64,000 nucleotides of DNA, taken from the NCBI GenBank assembly GCA_030704615.1, contig CM060731.1, forward strand, positions 59,582,001 to 59,646,000. The letters run 5' to 3'. The notes below the pieces were generated by a model that was not told where the DNA came from, did not search any database, and was given only the letters and a program-made list of their open reading frames with translations. Origin of the DNA: Takakia lepidozioides. Taxonomy: Eukaryota > Plantae > Bryophyta. The translations under genes were made by a program, and so were the position numbers. Positions 13,100 to 25,518 of the stretch are shown one piece after another (positions within the stretch are counted from its first letter, which is position 1; each line of letters opens with the position of its first letter).

Positions 13100-14995
13100 A
13101 TTCGGCGGGTGCGATAACATGGCAAAGGCCGGATTCCGGAAGGCCTGGCATTTGGTGCGCGCGAGGCTCCCTCGACGCCATCGAAACTTCCAGACGCCGT
13201 CGCGGCCGGTCAACCTATCCCCCCGCGCATCTCAGCCGTCGCGCTGTCGCATCCAACGACCGGCACCAGCCCCACCCCCTGAGAAAGGGACGTTCTATCT
13301 GACCAGTGCGCGCCGGGCGCGTGGCGCAGCCTGGTCGCTTCTAGCGAGGTGCCAGTTTCGTGATGCCCTGCACAACTTTCCGTCCCTGCCCTCCCCGGAG
13401 GTGCCCGCGTTTTGACCTCCGTGATTTTCACCCCGTCTCCCAAGCCAACAAAATCCCGGTGGCCGCCGGCAGTCAGGGCACCCCGGAAAGTAAAAAGATA
13501 ATAAGTTTCCTAGTCGTCGGCGGGAGTAGCGCGCGGGTGGGCTGCCCGTGCGGGTGGGGCGACCAATTCCTGCGGGCATCCGCACGTGGCAGGCGCGGGT
13601 TGGCGCGCGGGCTGATGGAAGCCCGTACCGCATTTGGTGAGGGCAGGAGGGCATCCGCGGGGCGGGATTGGGCAAGGTCCACGCGCGGGCAGGGAGGCTC
13701 GATAAAGGGGTGGGGCGCCTCTCCGCTATTGGCAGCCCGCCGCGTGGCTGGACGGTGCGCGGTGGTGTGGAGAGGGCATAGCCGGGGATTGCTCCGAGAG
13801 CGCAGAGTAATTGTGACGAGAGAGACGGAGCGAGAGAGAGAGATAGAGCGCGAGAGAGATGGCGGAGGCGCAGGTGCCGTCGTGCAGTGTGTGAAGGAGG
13901 CAGCGGGCGGGGAGGGAGGAAGGGAGGGAAGGAGGGAGAGTGATTGTGTCTGTCTTTGTTTGTTTGTTACCGAGGTGTATTGTTTTGTTTATTTATTCGG
14001 TGCGATGGATGGGGATGCTCATTGATGTTGCCCTAGGCCGGAGCTTTGGTTGTGGCGTGATTGATGCCATGAAGGCACTGTTTGCGCAGCGTTGATGACT
14101 CCAATTGAGAGGGCCTTTTTGTTCACCGCCGTGGGGGTTTCAGGGACCCCCCTGCCGGTCGCTCTCCGAGCGAAATGAGATGGAGATCGCGTGCTAATTC
14201 TACCCGCTCCTCGTTCGGCAGGGAAGATATGCAGGTTTCACTTTGGCCTGGCTATCAGAGCTGACCTGGTGCTACTAGGTTTTCAGTAGGTGCGCATTTG
14301 GAGCCTTTGCCAGGTCCGATGTACATGAGGTCTGGATTTTCTCAGAGGAGCAATCTGGAGGATCTTGACTACAGGATTGTCAAAGGCGGACTCTCTAGGA
14401 TCTGGATCGTATGCCCTTGAGATGTGTATGGATTTGAATTGAGCGAGGACTGAACCTCAGGGTTTGTGGTTCAGATTGAGAGGTTTGCCAGGGCACGTGA
14501 ATCCCCGGGAGCTTTTTAGTTTCCTGAGATTAGCATGGAGGATTGTAGAAGAGCTCGCAACCAGGATTCGCATTCCACGTCTGCAGATCCACCAAATATC
14601 GGTGCATAATGAGTCAAACCTCTTTAAGTACTTTTATCTTCGATGATCCTTCCTATACTGAGCGAGAGGTCGATCCTGGCCAGCGAAGGTCAAATGGATC
14701 AGGTCTGGGGTTCCTAATGGGACTGCGTGGCCACTGGCGAGTGCTCGTCGATGCAGGTTTCTGATTGGGAAGGCTGGCTGTTGCTTGAGTAACTGTAGTT
14801 GAAGGATCTTTGTTGTCGTCGTAGGTTTGTACATGGTCCTGAGTTGTGTACCAACTGGAGCTGGAAATCTTAAGGTTCATTTTCTGGAGACTGAAAGAAG
14901 GAAAAGGGGAGGACAAAAGGGAGGGACAGGAACAGGTATTCTGTCATAGAGTGGAGAGCACAGGTGTAATGTGCTGAGTTCTAAACTTTCTAGCT
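13100..14995 (+). promoter_or_regulatory. GC-rich promoter and long 5' leader (probably with an intron) of the LBD gene
   Basis: G-box GCACGTGGC at ~13582, TATA-like GATAAAG at 13701, GA-rich tract at 13815-13860, and a pyrimidine-rich acceptor-like tttctag 2 nt before the ATG. Confidence 0.45.
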
Positions 14996-15670
14996 ATGGC
15001 GTCGTCCTCCAGCTCTCCCTGTGCTGCCTGCAAGTTCTTGAGGAGGAAATGCACCGCAGAATGTGTCTTTGCACCGTACTTCCCTCCTGATCAACCTCAC
15101 AAATTTGCGAATGTTCACAAGATTTTTGGGGCTAGCAATATCACCAAGCTGCTCAACGAGCTCCCTCCACATCAGAGGGAAGACGCAGTGAATTCTCTGG
15201 CATATGAGGCGGATGCACGGGTTAAAGACCCAGTGTATGGATGTGTGGGAGCCATCTCAGTTCTGCAAAGACAAGTGGCTCAACTGCAAACAGAACTAGC
15301 GATAGCGCACTCCGATTTGGCGAGATACGCAGGGGCTGGGATGGTCGTGGGCCCGTCAGGAGGGCAGGCTGGGCCGTCGTCTTTAGGAATGGGCATGGGA
15401 TTGTCTGGAGGCCAGGGCCGAGAGCAGATGTTGACCAGAGAGCAGTTGATAGATCTTGCAAGGGAGCCACCGCAGCTTACGAGAGAGCAACTAATAGAGC
15501 TTGCGAGGGTTGGGGGGGGTTCGTACGAGGCTGGTCTTGCTGCCCTCGGATTGACTGGAGCCCTTGGACCACTGGGGCCCTTCCCCTCTAGACCCGGGGG
15601 TGATGGTAGCAGTGGGGGTGGGAGTGGGGGTGGGAGTGGCGGCATTGGGGGACACATGTCTCCTCCATAG
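14996..15670 (+). CDS. Class I LOB-domain (LBD; AS2/LOB-like) transcription factor, 224 aa
   Basis: C-block CAACKFLRRKC...C, GAS block FANVHKIFGASN...DAVNSLAYEA..R..DPVYGC, and a leucine zipper (LQRQVAQLQTELAIAHSDL). C-terminus is Gly-rich. Confidence 0.97.
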   Translation: MASSSSSPCAACKFLRRKCTAECVFAPYFPPDQPHKFANVHKIFGASNITKLLNELPPHQREDAVNSLAYEADARVKDPVYGCVGAISVLQRQVAQLQTELAIAHSDLARYAGAGMVVGPSGGQAGPSSLGMGMGLSGGQGREQMLTREQLIDLAREPPQLTREQLIELARVGGGSYEAGLAALGLTGALGPLGPFPSRPGGDGSSGGGSGGGSGGIGGHMSPP

Positions 15671-18600
15671 GACGGGTCTTGGTAACTCACCTACCTCTCT
15701 TCTAACACGCATCTCTTGCACGGCTGCTAAGGCTCTCTGATACCGCTCTGATCCTGCACACCGCCCTAGAGTTTTCCACATCCCTGAATTGTGTGCACAC
15801 ATAACCTCTCGTGAACCGTACCGTTTTCTTGTTTCGTTCTAGACCTCTAGCATGATATACATGTATATATTTTTCTTATCCATTTCACAAGCTTTCGCTT
15901 GAGGTTCCTACCAACAAAAACCTTGCGGATCAGTCTTTACTGAAAAGACCTCAAGTATCTCTCGACATTTGTGCGCTTCTAAGCAGGAGACTATTTATGT
16001 CTGACTTGTGCACGACTCGACGCTTGCTGTAAGGTGAAGCCAATTCAGAGAGAAAAGCCAGTGTTTATTACAATCTACATTAAGTTTTTTCGCTGCATTT
16101 GATCTCCCGAGGTTTCACTGACAAACTTCTTTCAGTCTACTGTGTGAATCGGTGGCAGGCTTTGGTGTTCATGACAGCGGGATGGATATGCATCTTATAT
16201 GGCTTGAGGCTTGTGCACATTGAAACCAACTGAGGGTATCAGATGAGTATGAAGAAAGTAGCGTGGAGGACGAAGTTCAGCAGTGACCCCCAGGTTATCC
16301 TGTTTACAAGGCCTTCTCTTTGAGGGTCCAACATCTTTCTCTTTTCACAATGTTTTCTCTCCGAGTTTTTTTCCTGAGAAGTCCGGCAAGCTTTGACAGA
16401 GGGTGGGGGGGGAATGGTTTTTTCTTTCTAGCTTGTGAAAAGTGAAACGAAGGGGGTGTCTCGATCACAGAAATACTGTACCTCCGTGGAGCGCTTGGAC
16501 AGATACATGTGGAGAAAGACTCTATTGGCACTGGTGCATAGATGTAGATCGAGAAGGTCGAGAGGCTGATGATCATCGCTCACTCTAGGACAATAGTTCC
16601 CTATAGAGAGACTATCATTGTGGATGAATGGCACACCGGTTGGTTCACTACATTCTGCCAAAATGTGGTCGCGACCAAATGTGGCCCGAGTGTTTCTGGA
16701 TGTTTGCGAGACTTTGGTCAAGTACAAGAGGTTTACCGGAGACAAGAGTGGCTGCAGTGTGGATCTGTGGAATTTATAGCTTTTGAACAAGCTGTCAGCA
16801 GCTCTTGGTTCTTGCCGAGCGGTGTTGCGGTGCGTTTTAGACCATCCAATGGTATACAGCCTATCTCTGATTACTGTTGATGCACAGCAAGTAATCCGCT
16901 GCGGTGTTGACTTGAGAGAAGTCGATGGAACTTTCCGTTGACACAACATCCATAGGTGCAGAGGAGCCTTTTAAACAGTGGCTTTAAAATTATGAGTTTA
17001 GATGGTATCAGACTAAGGTGGGGCGTTACTGCACCCTCCTGCCACAGCTGCCTGCCACGACTTATTTTCGACAGGGATTGGTATACCTTGAAGGAAAGTG
17101 GCTTGTTCCAGTGTAGGGGAAGGGAGTTAAGGAATGCGCTGGAAGCCAGATTGTAGCACAGGTGATGAGAGCAGGATCTTTGGGACAGTCGCAAAGGCTC
17201 GTGGCACCAGTAATGGCTTGATAATGTTATATAGAATCCGTTATGGAAGAATCTTTTGTTTATTGTGAGCGTTCTTTAATCAAGTAGTGCTTGAAGCGGC
17301 AAGCGGATGAGATTGTTTCCCTTGACAACTGGCTGGAGGTGGGACTTGAGATGCGCCTTTTGCATTCCTGCATGATCCATGGACCGGGGATGGAAGCATT
17401 TGAACAGAGAAGGGGACCTTGAGTTTATGAGAGGATATACAAGTCAGATCGTGCAGTCTCTCACTACTTTCAGCCAATACATCAGGCTCGGTTTTGCTTG
17501 GTATATTCGTTTTCTATGGGCTCGGTACTAGTCCCCATTTGATGCACAGTATTTCCAGGCAAGAGGAGAGGTATGAAAGCTGTGCTTTTACTCTTGAGAA
17601 CATGTACAGTCAGAACTTTTCATTCGTTACTTCACTTCGAGTATAATTAGTTTATACAGAATTGTCGCATGGGTTGCAAGCTTCTGTCTAGCTGCACCAG
17701 AACCAAGCACTTGGTGGAGCTTGTGCAGAGATCCTATGGAGGTGGGAGGAGGGAGGGACTGGGCGTTTTGTGTACCTAGGGGTTTGGGTAAGAAGAATTG
17801 TAAGATAGACTCCCAAGACTTTGGTGAAACCATTATGATCAAATGAGAATCCATGTTTCCAGTACCACTTACAGGTTAAGTAGGTAGGCACAATTGCAGA
17901 ACTCCAAAACAAATGTCAGCTGCTTGCAGTCTGAGTTGGAGATACAGCCTGGGGCAATTTTCCCTGGGGCCATTTTTTTAAAGCATGTCTCGAGCATTTA
18001 CTTCCCATTTATTCCACTTTGACCCATCAGATTGCTAGAGGTTTTCTGGAGCTGAATTCCATCGGAGACTGATCAGGATGATTAGTTACTTTCTAGAGGT
18101 TCTAAACTGGATTTCTTCAGCTCCATCTATCCCATGATCCTATTGTCGATCATTTGTTTCCTTCCAACAATATCTACAAGTACAGAATTGTGAGCATGTT
18201 GTCTTTGTCACAGCAAGCTAGGATCAAGTGGCTATCTAAGTTAGACATGAGGTTCATGGAGACTGAGAAGTACTTGAGAGACAGTGAACAGTATTTCAGT
18301 ACTGAACGTAGGACCAGATCTGCCAGGACCAATGTCTGGAAACTGAAAAGCTCTCTCTTAGGGTCTGCCAGGTCTGTAATGGCCTGTACGCACAAGTCTC
18401 CGTAGAGGATGTCAATGCCTGTCGAGCTGGATAAGGAGGCACAGTTTATTTTGAGCTGAAGTTGGGTGATGAGCTGTATGTATTAGGGTCCTGCCTAAAT
18501 TGGCTCCAGCGTTATGGTCCTGGAATTTGGTTGAGATTGTTAAACATGTTGAAGTCACATCAAGTTAGATGCAGATTGGCAAAACTAATTCCTCCTGACA

Positions 18601-20369
18601 GAAAAGCTTAAGGTGCTAGTTACTTACTCTCTTTTTCATGTATGTATGGTAGGGAATGCCATGTAAAAGTGGTGCAGACGGTCATAGTGGAAGGGTAACT
18701 CCCATCTGAGATTGATTTATTCTGCAAAGCTGGTCTAGATGTTTTAATCTTGAACCACAGTAGGGATCTGATTGACCTGGTCGATCCTTCTGTTGCCTCA
18801 GTCGAACTGTGAACTTCAAACATGCACTTTTCAATCTTGTCCACCCTCAAACGGCTGAACTTGTTTTGATAAACTTCTCTAGATGTACATCTTTTGTTTC
18901 CAACAGCAAAAGCTCTTTCATGCTCGTCTGCAAGGGGACGTGTGAGGAGCCCTGGCAGGTACAAAATTTCTTGACCTCAGTGTACTTGGAACTACTGAGG
19001 CTATGGTCCTTCTAAACTTGTGTGCTGAAGCATGTTTTCTCGAGTCGAATTGCCTTTTAGCATGCATCGAGCATTTATGGTTAATGTTAGATGATTCAGT
19101 CTATTGTCTGCAGTTTTAATAGAATGCGCGTTTGAATGGTTATCTTCTATGTTTCTATTTATACAGTCTTATGTATGCTGGAAATTATCCAGTACAGGTA
19201 CAGGCCAGCTGACAGTAGCGTAGCTTTCTGGTTCTGGTGCTGTGTAGGTATTCAACAAGTACTAGTAGCTGGTTCTTGAAAGCAAGGAGCCATCTGGAGA
19301 GCGATCGAAGCACACCGAAGTAGACATGTTGAGTCAGCCTGTACGTAAATACAGACTAAGCTGCAGCTGCATTCTTTGAGACGTACGCCTCATCCTTGTT
19401 TTGGTAGTAAAAACCTTGCCACTTCCATCTACTGGCTACAGTAAACGCAACCATACCAAAGCGATATCTTTCTAGTTACAGTTCAGAAATGCATCTTGTA
19501 GCAACCTGTGATCAGTGTATCGATCAAATCGCAAGGAAGGTTGATTTCGTGTACATAGCATGGTTCTCTACAGCTAGCGAGGCCCTACCAATAGGAACCG
19601 TAGAAATTCTGATTGGTTTCAAGCCAATTACTACACTCTTTTGCATCACAGATTACCCAACTTAGCACACATACGTAATTTGACTATCCTAGGTATCATG
19701 TACACATGTAGATCTAAGATTGGATGAGAGGGAAAGTTTTAAGACAGTGGTAGTAGTAATATGAGGTAACGGGCAGATTGAGTCTTAGACAAGTTTGTAA
19801 CTGATTCTTGACTTTGAGAGGGAAGAATGATGGTGCACAAGATAGTACCAGTTGTTGCACGGGGCTTTCAAATAGAACTCCCTTGTTTGGTGAACGAGGA
19901 GTTCTTCTGTGTAATCCAACCAAGAAATGTAGCAGTCCATGATGTATCTGTCTCGAGCGGATCATTAACGTCCATTGGGAAACCATTTGAAATCCTTCAG
20001 CTCGAAGTGTGTCTCTCATCAAGCTCCATAAGCGCCTTTCTTTTTGACTGGTATGAGAAAAGAGTTGAGTAGTTGAACAAGCCTAAATATCAATCTGAAA
20101 CTGTTGATTGTTCAAGGGATTGTATAGTTCTTGGAAGAGTGAACTTCGCTAATTACGGTTCTCAGGAGGGTTTAACTTATTCAATGATCTAATTGGACTC
20201 CACTAGTGTGATCTGTGCATCGCACATCCCACACTCACAGTGATAGGGGTCATGGAAGCCAGCATGGAGTCAATTTGACAATATTATGATAACAGCAAGT
20301 GCCAAGGATTCACCAGGCTTAGCACAGCAAGATAGTTGCAGGTTATAGTTGCTGTTGCACAGCTCTCAG

Positions 20370-21011
20370 AGCATAAGCAACATATAACATACTTCACGGA
20401 TTTTATTTGTTCTCTGCCATTGTCAAGTGTGATTAAGCAATTGCAGTTAAGAATATCTTAGTACTGACTGATCATCTATTCTTCTAAAGGAGCATAAGCA
20501 ATACAATATACTTGGATTTTGATTATTCTCTGCCATTGATTAAGCAACTACAGTTAAGGAAATCTTAGTACTAACTGATAAGTCTATTATTCTAAGGAGA
20601 AGAAGCAATATAGTACACTTGGGTGTTGATTGTTCTCTGCCATTGTCTAGTGTGATTAAGCAACTGCAGTTAAGAATCTTAGTACTGACGATCAAGTCTA
20701 TTAGCATAAGCAATACAATATACTTGGATTTTGATTATTCTCTGCCATTGATTAAGCAACCGTACTTAAGGAAATCTTAGTACTAACTGATAAGTCTATT
20801 ATTCTAAAGAAGCAGAAGCAATATAGTACACTTGGGTGTTGATTGTTCTCTGCCATTGTCTAGTGTGATTAAGCAATTGCAGTTAAGAATCTTAGTACTG
20901 ACGGTCAAGTCTATTAGCATAAGCAACATAATATAATGTACTTGGATTTTGATTGTTCTCTGCCTTTGTCTAGTGTGATTACTGACTGATCAATTCTATT
21001 CTTCTAAAGGA
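20370..21011. repeat. Tandem repeat of six ~105-120 bp units with an internal A/B higher-order structure
   Basis: Units start near 20370, 20492, 20602, 20704, 20812 and 20917. All share ttctctgcc.ttg...gatta; units 1-5 also share agcaa...ttaag...cttagtact. Confidence 0.88.
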
Positions 21012-21505
21012 CAGAATAAAAAGCACCTAGTCCAATGCAGATCTAAGCATTGCACCTCAATCCACAACTTGGCTAGTCAAGAGTAAGAGAGAACTTTGAA
21101 GACTCTTTCTTCTCTCCTGCCTAAGCCTGGCTTAGCTTAACTGAGAGCCACCTCACATTTCGGCTTCTGGAGGTGGGCCCGATACTCTCCGCGTAAGACA
21201 AGACAGTACACGACATTGAGATTCGTGGATTGATTGAGTGTAGAAGTGACCGTCTTCCATGATTGTGAACTTGCTAATTTCTATTCTTGTACTGAGCCGC
21301 TATCTTTGAGTGTACTTGACATGACGTGAACATAATCAAATTGATTACCCATCACTTGGTACACTGGCATCCATATATATGTGCATATGTATAGGTTGAA
21401 TTCAACCATTTTTGGAATATGATTGTTGGAAACTCATCATCAATCCAGTAATTAGCTTGTATATGTTCTAGCATCAGGCTATAAAACTCTCCTAGACAAG
21501 ATTTA

Positions 21506-21510
21506 TTCCC

Positions 21511-21577
<67 letters not shown>
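21506..21577. repeat. poly(C) plus (CT)n microsatellite
   Basis: A C-run followed by ~28 CT units. Confidence 0.92.
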
Positions 21578-21580
<3 letters not shown>

Positions 21581-24329
21581 GACAAACAACGTCTTATGAG
21601 TACATTCTCTCTCACTCACACACCCAAACAACGTCTTATTAGTATCTCTCTCCCACACACACACACACAAGCTTGTGGGCAGTATGACATGTTAGATGTG
21701 AGACAACCCAACTATGAAATATAACTTTTGAATTGCATCAACCTTAGTTTAACTCCTAATTTCTCCTGTTAACTTTAAACATGTTAGGGTATCCAAATGA
21801 ACTTGCTTCGAGAAGGAAGTTAGTACAAAAACTTTTGCAAACAGAGTGCACTTGGTAATTTTCGATTTGTTTTCTATTTAAAAGGAATTTTCTGAAAAAC
21901 ACAAAAATGAGTGGGCCCTAGACCTGCAGTGGGGCCAAAATCTGTGGGGCATCCACGTTTTGTGGGTCCCTCTCTAAAAACCACCCTATCACATGTGGTG
22001 GTTAGAGGAGACTTCGGGCAGACAAGATCTGAACCCATCAGATAGCTCTGTAAAGCTTCCTGAAATTTCCTCACATCCTACCCTACATCACGTTCAAGTT
22101 GCACATTCTGTTGCATTAAAACACCTTGTGTTTCTAATTGGGTTTTAAGTTGCTTTTAGAGGTTTCACATGACTCTGCCTGCAAAATCAACCAACTCCAC
22201 ATTCTGGCAAATCTAATGTTGGAATCGTGAATTTGATAGTTACATCACTTTGTGATAGAGGGCAAACTGCTTGAGGACTGCAGTTGCGACTGTCTTAAGT
22301 CTTAGAACGAACAGTTGAGAAAGTAATTGACTGGTGACTCGTTGAAGTTGGGAAACGCCTGCAAAGAATTTGAGGACAATTGAAAAATTGAACAATGAGC
22401 AACTGTTGCAAAGAGGACAAGAATATATTTCACAACTGCAGATCACACTGAGGAAAGAAACATTGTGGTCACGGGTAACTTTTCACTACATGTGAAAACT
22501 GACAAAATGGAGGTTGTAAACTCCAGGAATGAGAGCCCTGGATATGACTGTGGTCTATCTGGATTCTGTCCTGAAGAACCTACATCTCCATTGGAATCCA
22601 CGGAAAGGAAAGAATAAATTCGTGACATTGTGATGACAAATAGACTTAGTGTTGCTAACATGAGCAGGTCATATGAAGCCAATCACTTGTGCACGCCACA
22701 CTTGGCCCTCCTAAATAACACTCTACCGTCTGGGGTCAATCCTGCTACCTGGACGGGTGGGGTATGATCTTCTCCCCCTTCCCTTGGGCGGTGTCCCGTG
22801 CGAAAGCCTTCACGGCGAGGTTACTGTGAAAGAGGTTATATTCACCGCTCACTAATTTGTGAGCTCCCAGGTATTTCCCTTGGGGAAAAAATAACTAAAT
22901 AATAGAAGAGAGAGATGATAGAGGCCCTAATCATCAAATTCAAACGCCATAACCTTGCAAGGCTAGAGAACACATAGAATAATGTAAGAACTTATTGCAC
23001 ACTTGAAATCTCCGACAGCACAATGCCGTAGTGGGATAGCCGGTTAGGCAGAAATTAATTCGAAAAAAAAGTGCCTACCCAAATAAATAATTTTTGACAA
23101 GAATGCCTAATTTAAGAAAATTATCTTCAAAGCATGTGAAGGATGATTCCCGCACTATGGGGTTATTCCCCTTCCTCCACAGGGAATGACTAAGGGTTAT
23201 TTTCCATGTAAATTCCGGTTGTCATTCCCCTTTTTCCACCGGCAAAGGTTACTTTCCATGTAAACCATCGTCCACATGTCATATCCATTGACCACGGGTC
23301 ACATCCACTCACACCCCTTTCCATGCAAACTGACCCATCCGGTGGCACTTTTGCACATGTGTGACCAAAAAGAAATATGTTGAGGAAGGTGACCTACTTA
23401 GCAGGTCATGGGAGGAAAAATACTGGCTAGTGTAAGTCAACCATGGAGAACGGGACCGTGCCCCAATGCCTCACTTTTGGTGAGGCATTGGGCGCACGGG
23501 ACCAGCCAGGCCCTGCATGTGTCTCGACATCCATGGAAGTGCATGGACCCATTCTCCCTTCATGTGACATCAACAGAACGGGAGAACGGGGCACATGGAA
23601 AGTAACCCTAAACTCCAAGGATTATAGTCTCCAAAGCATGCTAGGCCAAGAGGACGGAATCTTCACTAAGGGGACTCGATGACTCTTGACATCCACTACT
23701 TTCATACACGCACTCAATCACACAAGCCACCACACTGTGTACACTATTGAGACGAAATCCACCACCCAGTTTGCCACGGCACTCCAGTTTAAAAAATATT
23801 AAGGCGTAATCCAATCTTAAGGCCACATACAGGGTAGTTAGATGTCGTTCCAGCATAACCATGGAAAGAAGCCACATCATCTAGTTCTATCCTAATCTGA
23901 TCCTAAACTAGCTGACCCTAAGCTATGTCCAGCTCATCCTCATTACATAAAGTGTGCATTCATCCAAGCTACATCCTACATCCGTTCATCTAGACCAAAT
24001 GGCGGAATCCCAGCTCCACATATGTTAAGCATGTTGGGGCCTATAAAATTTGTGAGCTCCTGCGAGTAGGGAGTCATGTGAGAACGAGCGAAGATACTCG
24101 CCTAAACAAACTATACACCCGATGCAAGAGGGATGAAAAACCTAGGAGAAGAAAATATTGCCCTGCAATGTTGGCGAAGAATAAAACATCCCCTAGGAAA
24201 AACCCCGACTGCTACAAATGGTGTAAGAAAACTAACACGAAAATTCAAACTAAGTCCTACAGCAGATGCATCCGTATGCTGATTGCGAGATGCTCTGGTG
24301 GGAGTGAAGATCACCTGGCGGTTTTCCAA

Positions 24330-24472
24330 CATTCAAGCAGGTTAGATCAAACGTTAGTGTACATGGGACCAGCAAAGAAACATGAACAGTTCTAGCAAGA
24401 GCAGGTGTAGAAGCATGTTGAGGGAGAAAAGAGTACTGTCTATCAGGAAGGATATTGGAGATCAAATAAGGG
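24330..24472 (-). pseudogene. C-terminal GPY/F segment of the older Gypsy integrase, split off by the younger insertion
   Basis: Minus frame reads PYLISNILPDRQY...RTVHVSLLVPC. It joins ...IDG at 31431 to rebuild gat-ggc-cct-tat (D-G-P-Y). Confidence 0.75.
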
Positions 24473-24476
24473 TGTG

Positions 24477-25203
24477 TGTCGCGGCCCTTTGCCTTGAGGG
24501 CAGGGGGTCGGGACACATGAGGGGCTGCCCCTGTGGTGGGGGCAGCGGCAGCGATAGGTATGGGGGGCTGAAGCACCCTTGAGTGCCCAAGGCACTCAAG
24601 GAGGCGGAGGCACTTACTAGGTGGAGCCCCGCACACCGGGTTGCGGTGGGGGTGGCTCCACAAGGGGTGGTGGTAGCTTAGCGGGACTTAGTGGGGGTGG
24701 CATAGGACTCACCATGGGGTGGAGACCTCGAGGTGGGAGTCGTGGGGAGTCTTGGGACTCATCACGGTCCATTGGGGCCGCGGTGAGTGGGCCAAGACTC
24801 ACCGCGACTCACCACCGGGAATCGAGGGTCTCCGTGGTGGTTCGCCATAAAATGGCATGGCTGGTTGTGAAACCCCCGCGGACAGCTACAGAAGTATATA
24901 TAGGGAGTAGTAACCCCGAGAACGGTGCAAGCCCGTTGGTGACCAAAAACTAGTGAGTAAGCGAGCGAGCCGGAAAGCGACCAAAGAGTGGGGAGCTGTT
25001 CCGGACTGCCAACTACCAAAGGGAATTCCCGCTGGTTCCAAAGCGGTGGAGGGTTCTTTGGGAGAACAAAGGGGGACCGTTATGCCCCGGTGAGCAGCCG
25101 AAGCTCCAAGTTGGCCCCATGGGCCAGGTTGGGAGTCAGGCGCGCGCATCAAAGCGAGTAACTATGACTTGAAGGGGAGCTTACCGAAGTGAGGTGCGCG
25201 ACA
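24477..25203 (+). repeat. 5' LTR (727 bp)
   Basis: Near-identical to 30720-31430, with a few substitutions and two indel patches totalling 16 bp. Has 7-bp terminal inverted repeats and TATATA at ~24896. Confidence 0.95.
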
Positions 25204-25258
25204 CTTGGTATCAGAGCTTAGAGTTCAGTACGCGATCGTCCTTGGGATTGGCCTCATC

Positions 25259-25518
25259 ATGGGGTCGGGCAAGCCAAAGCGAAAGCGGAACGGCCCAAAA
25301 GATGATGATCCTGGTGAGCCCGATGGGGGCGACGTGTCACCGAGGCGGCCGTTTGAGGAAACGATGAATGTTTCCGAAAACGAGGCCGCTCAGGAGCGGG
25401 AGGAATCCGAGGAGTCGGAGCCCGAGGAATCCTTGAGAGCTCCGACAAACCAAGAGATGCCTCCCATGCCGGCAGCCTTTTGGGAAGGGTTGTTGGCGCA
25501 GTTTGGCGGGACGTTGAG
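25259..25518 (+). pseudogene. Gag N-terminus (not inverted)
   Basis: ATG shortly after the PBS; MGSGKPKRKR...[14 protein letters not shown] runs up to the inversion breakpoint. Confidence 0.75.

Noticed and set aside
11752-14025. Long ORFs of 174-243 aa in GC-rich DNA
   Set aside because: Expected by chance at high GC; Arg/Gly/Ala-rich with no domain, and they overlap the putative LBD promoter.
20370-21011. CRISPR-like array
   Set aside because: Units are wholly repeated with no unique spacers, the context is eukaryotic, and there are no cas genes.
1-22000. Conserved plant miRNA hairpins (miR156/160/166/171/319/390/408)
   Set aside because: No mature-sequence match found by eye; a computational scan was not possible.
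22688-23743. Possible solo LTR (TGTGCAC...GTGTACA)
   Set aside because: The flanks (TCACT versus CTATT) are not a TSD, and there is no PPT, PBS or second copy in the window.
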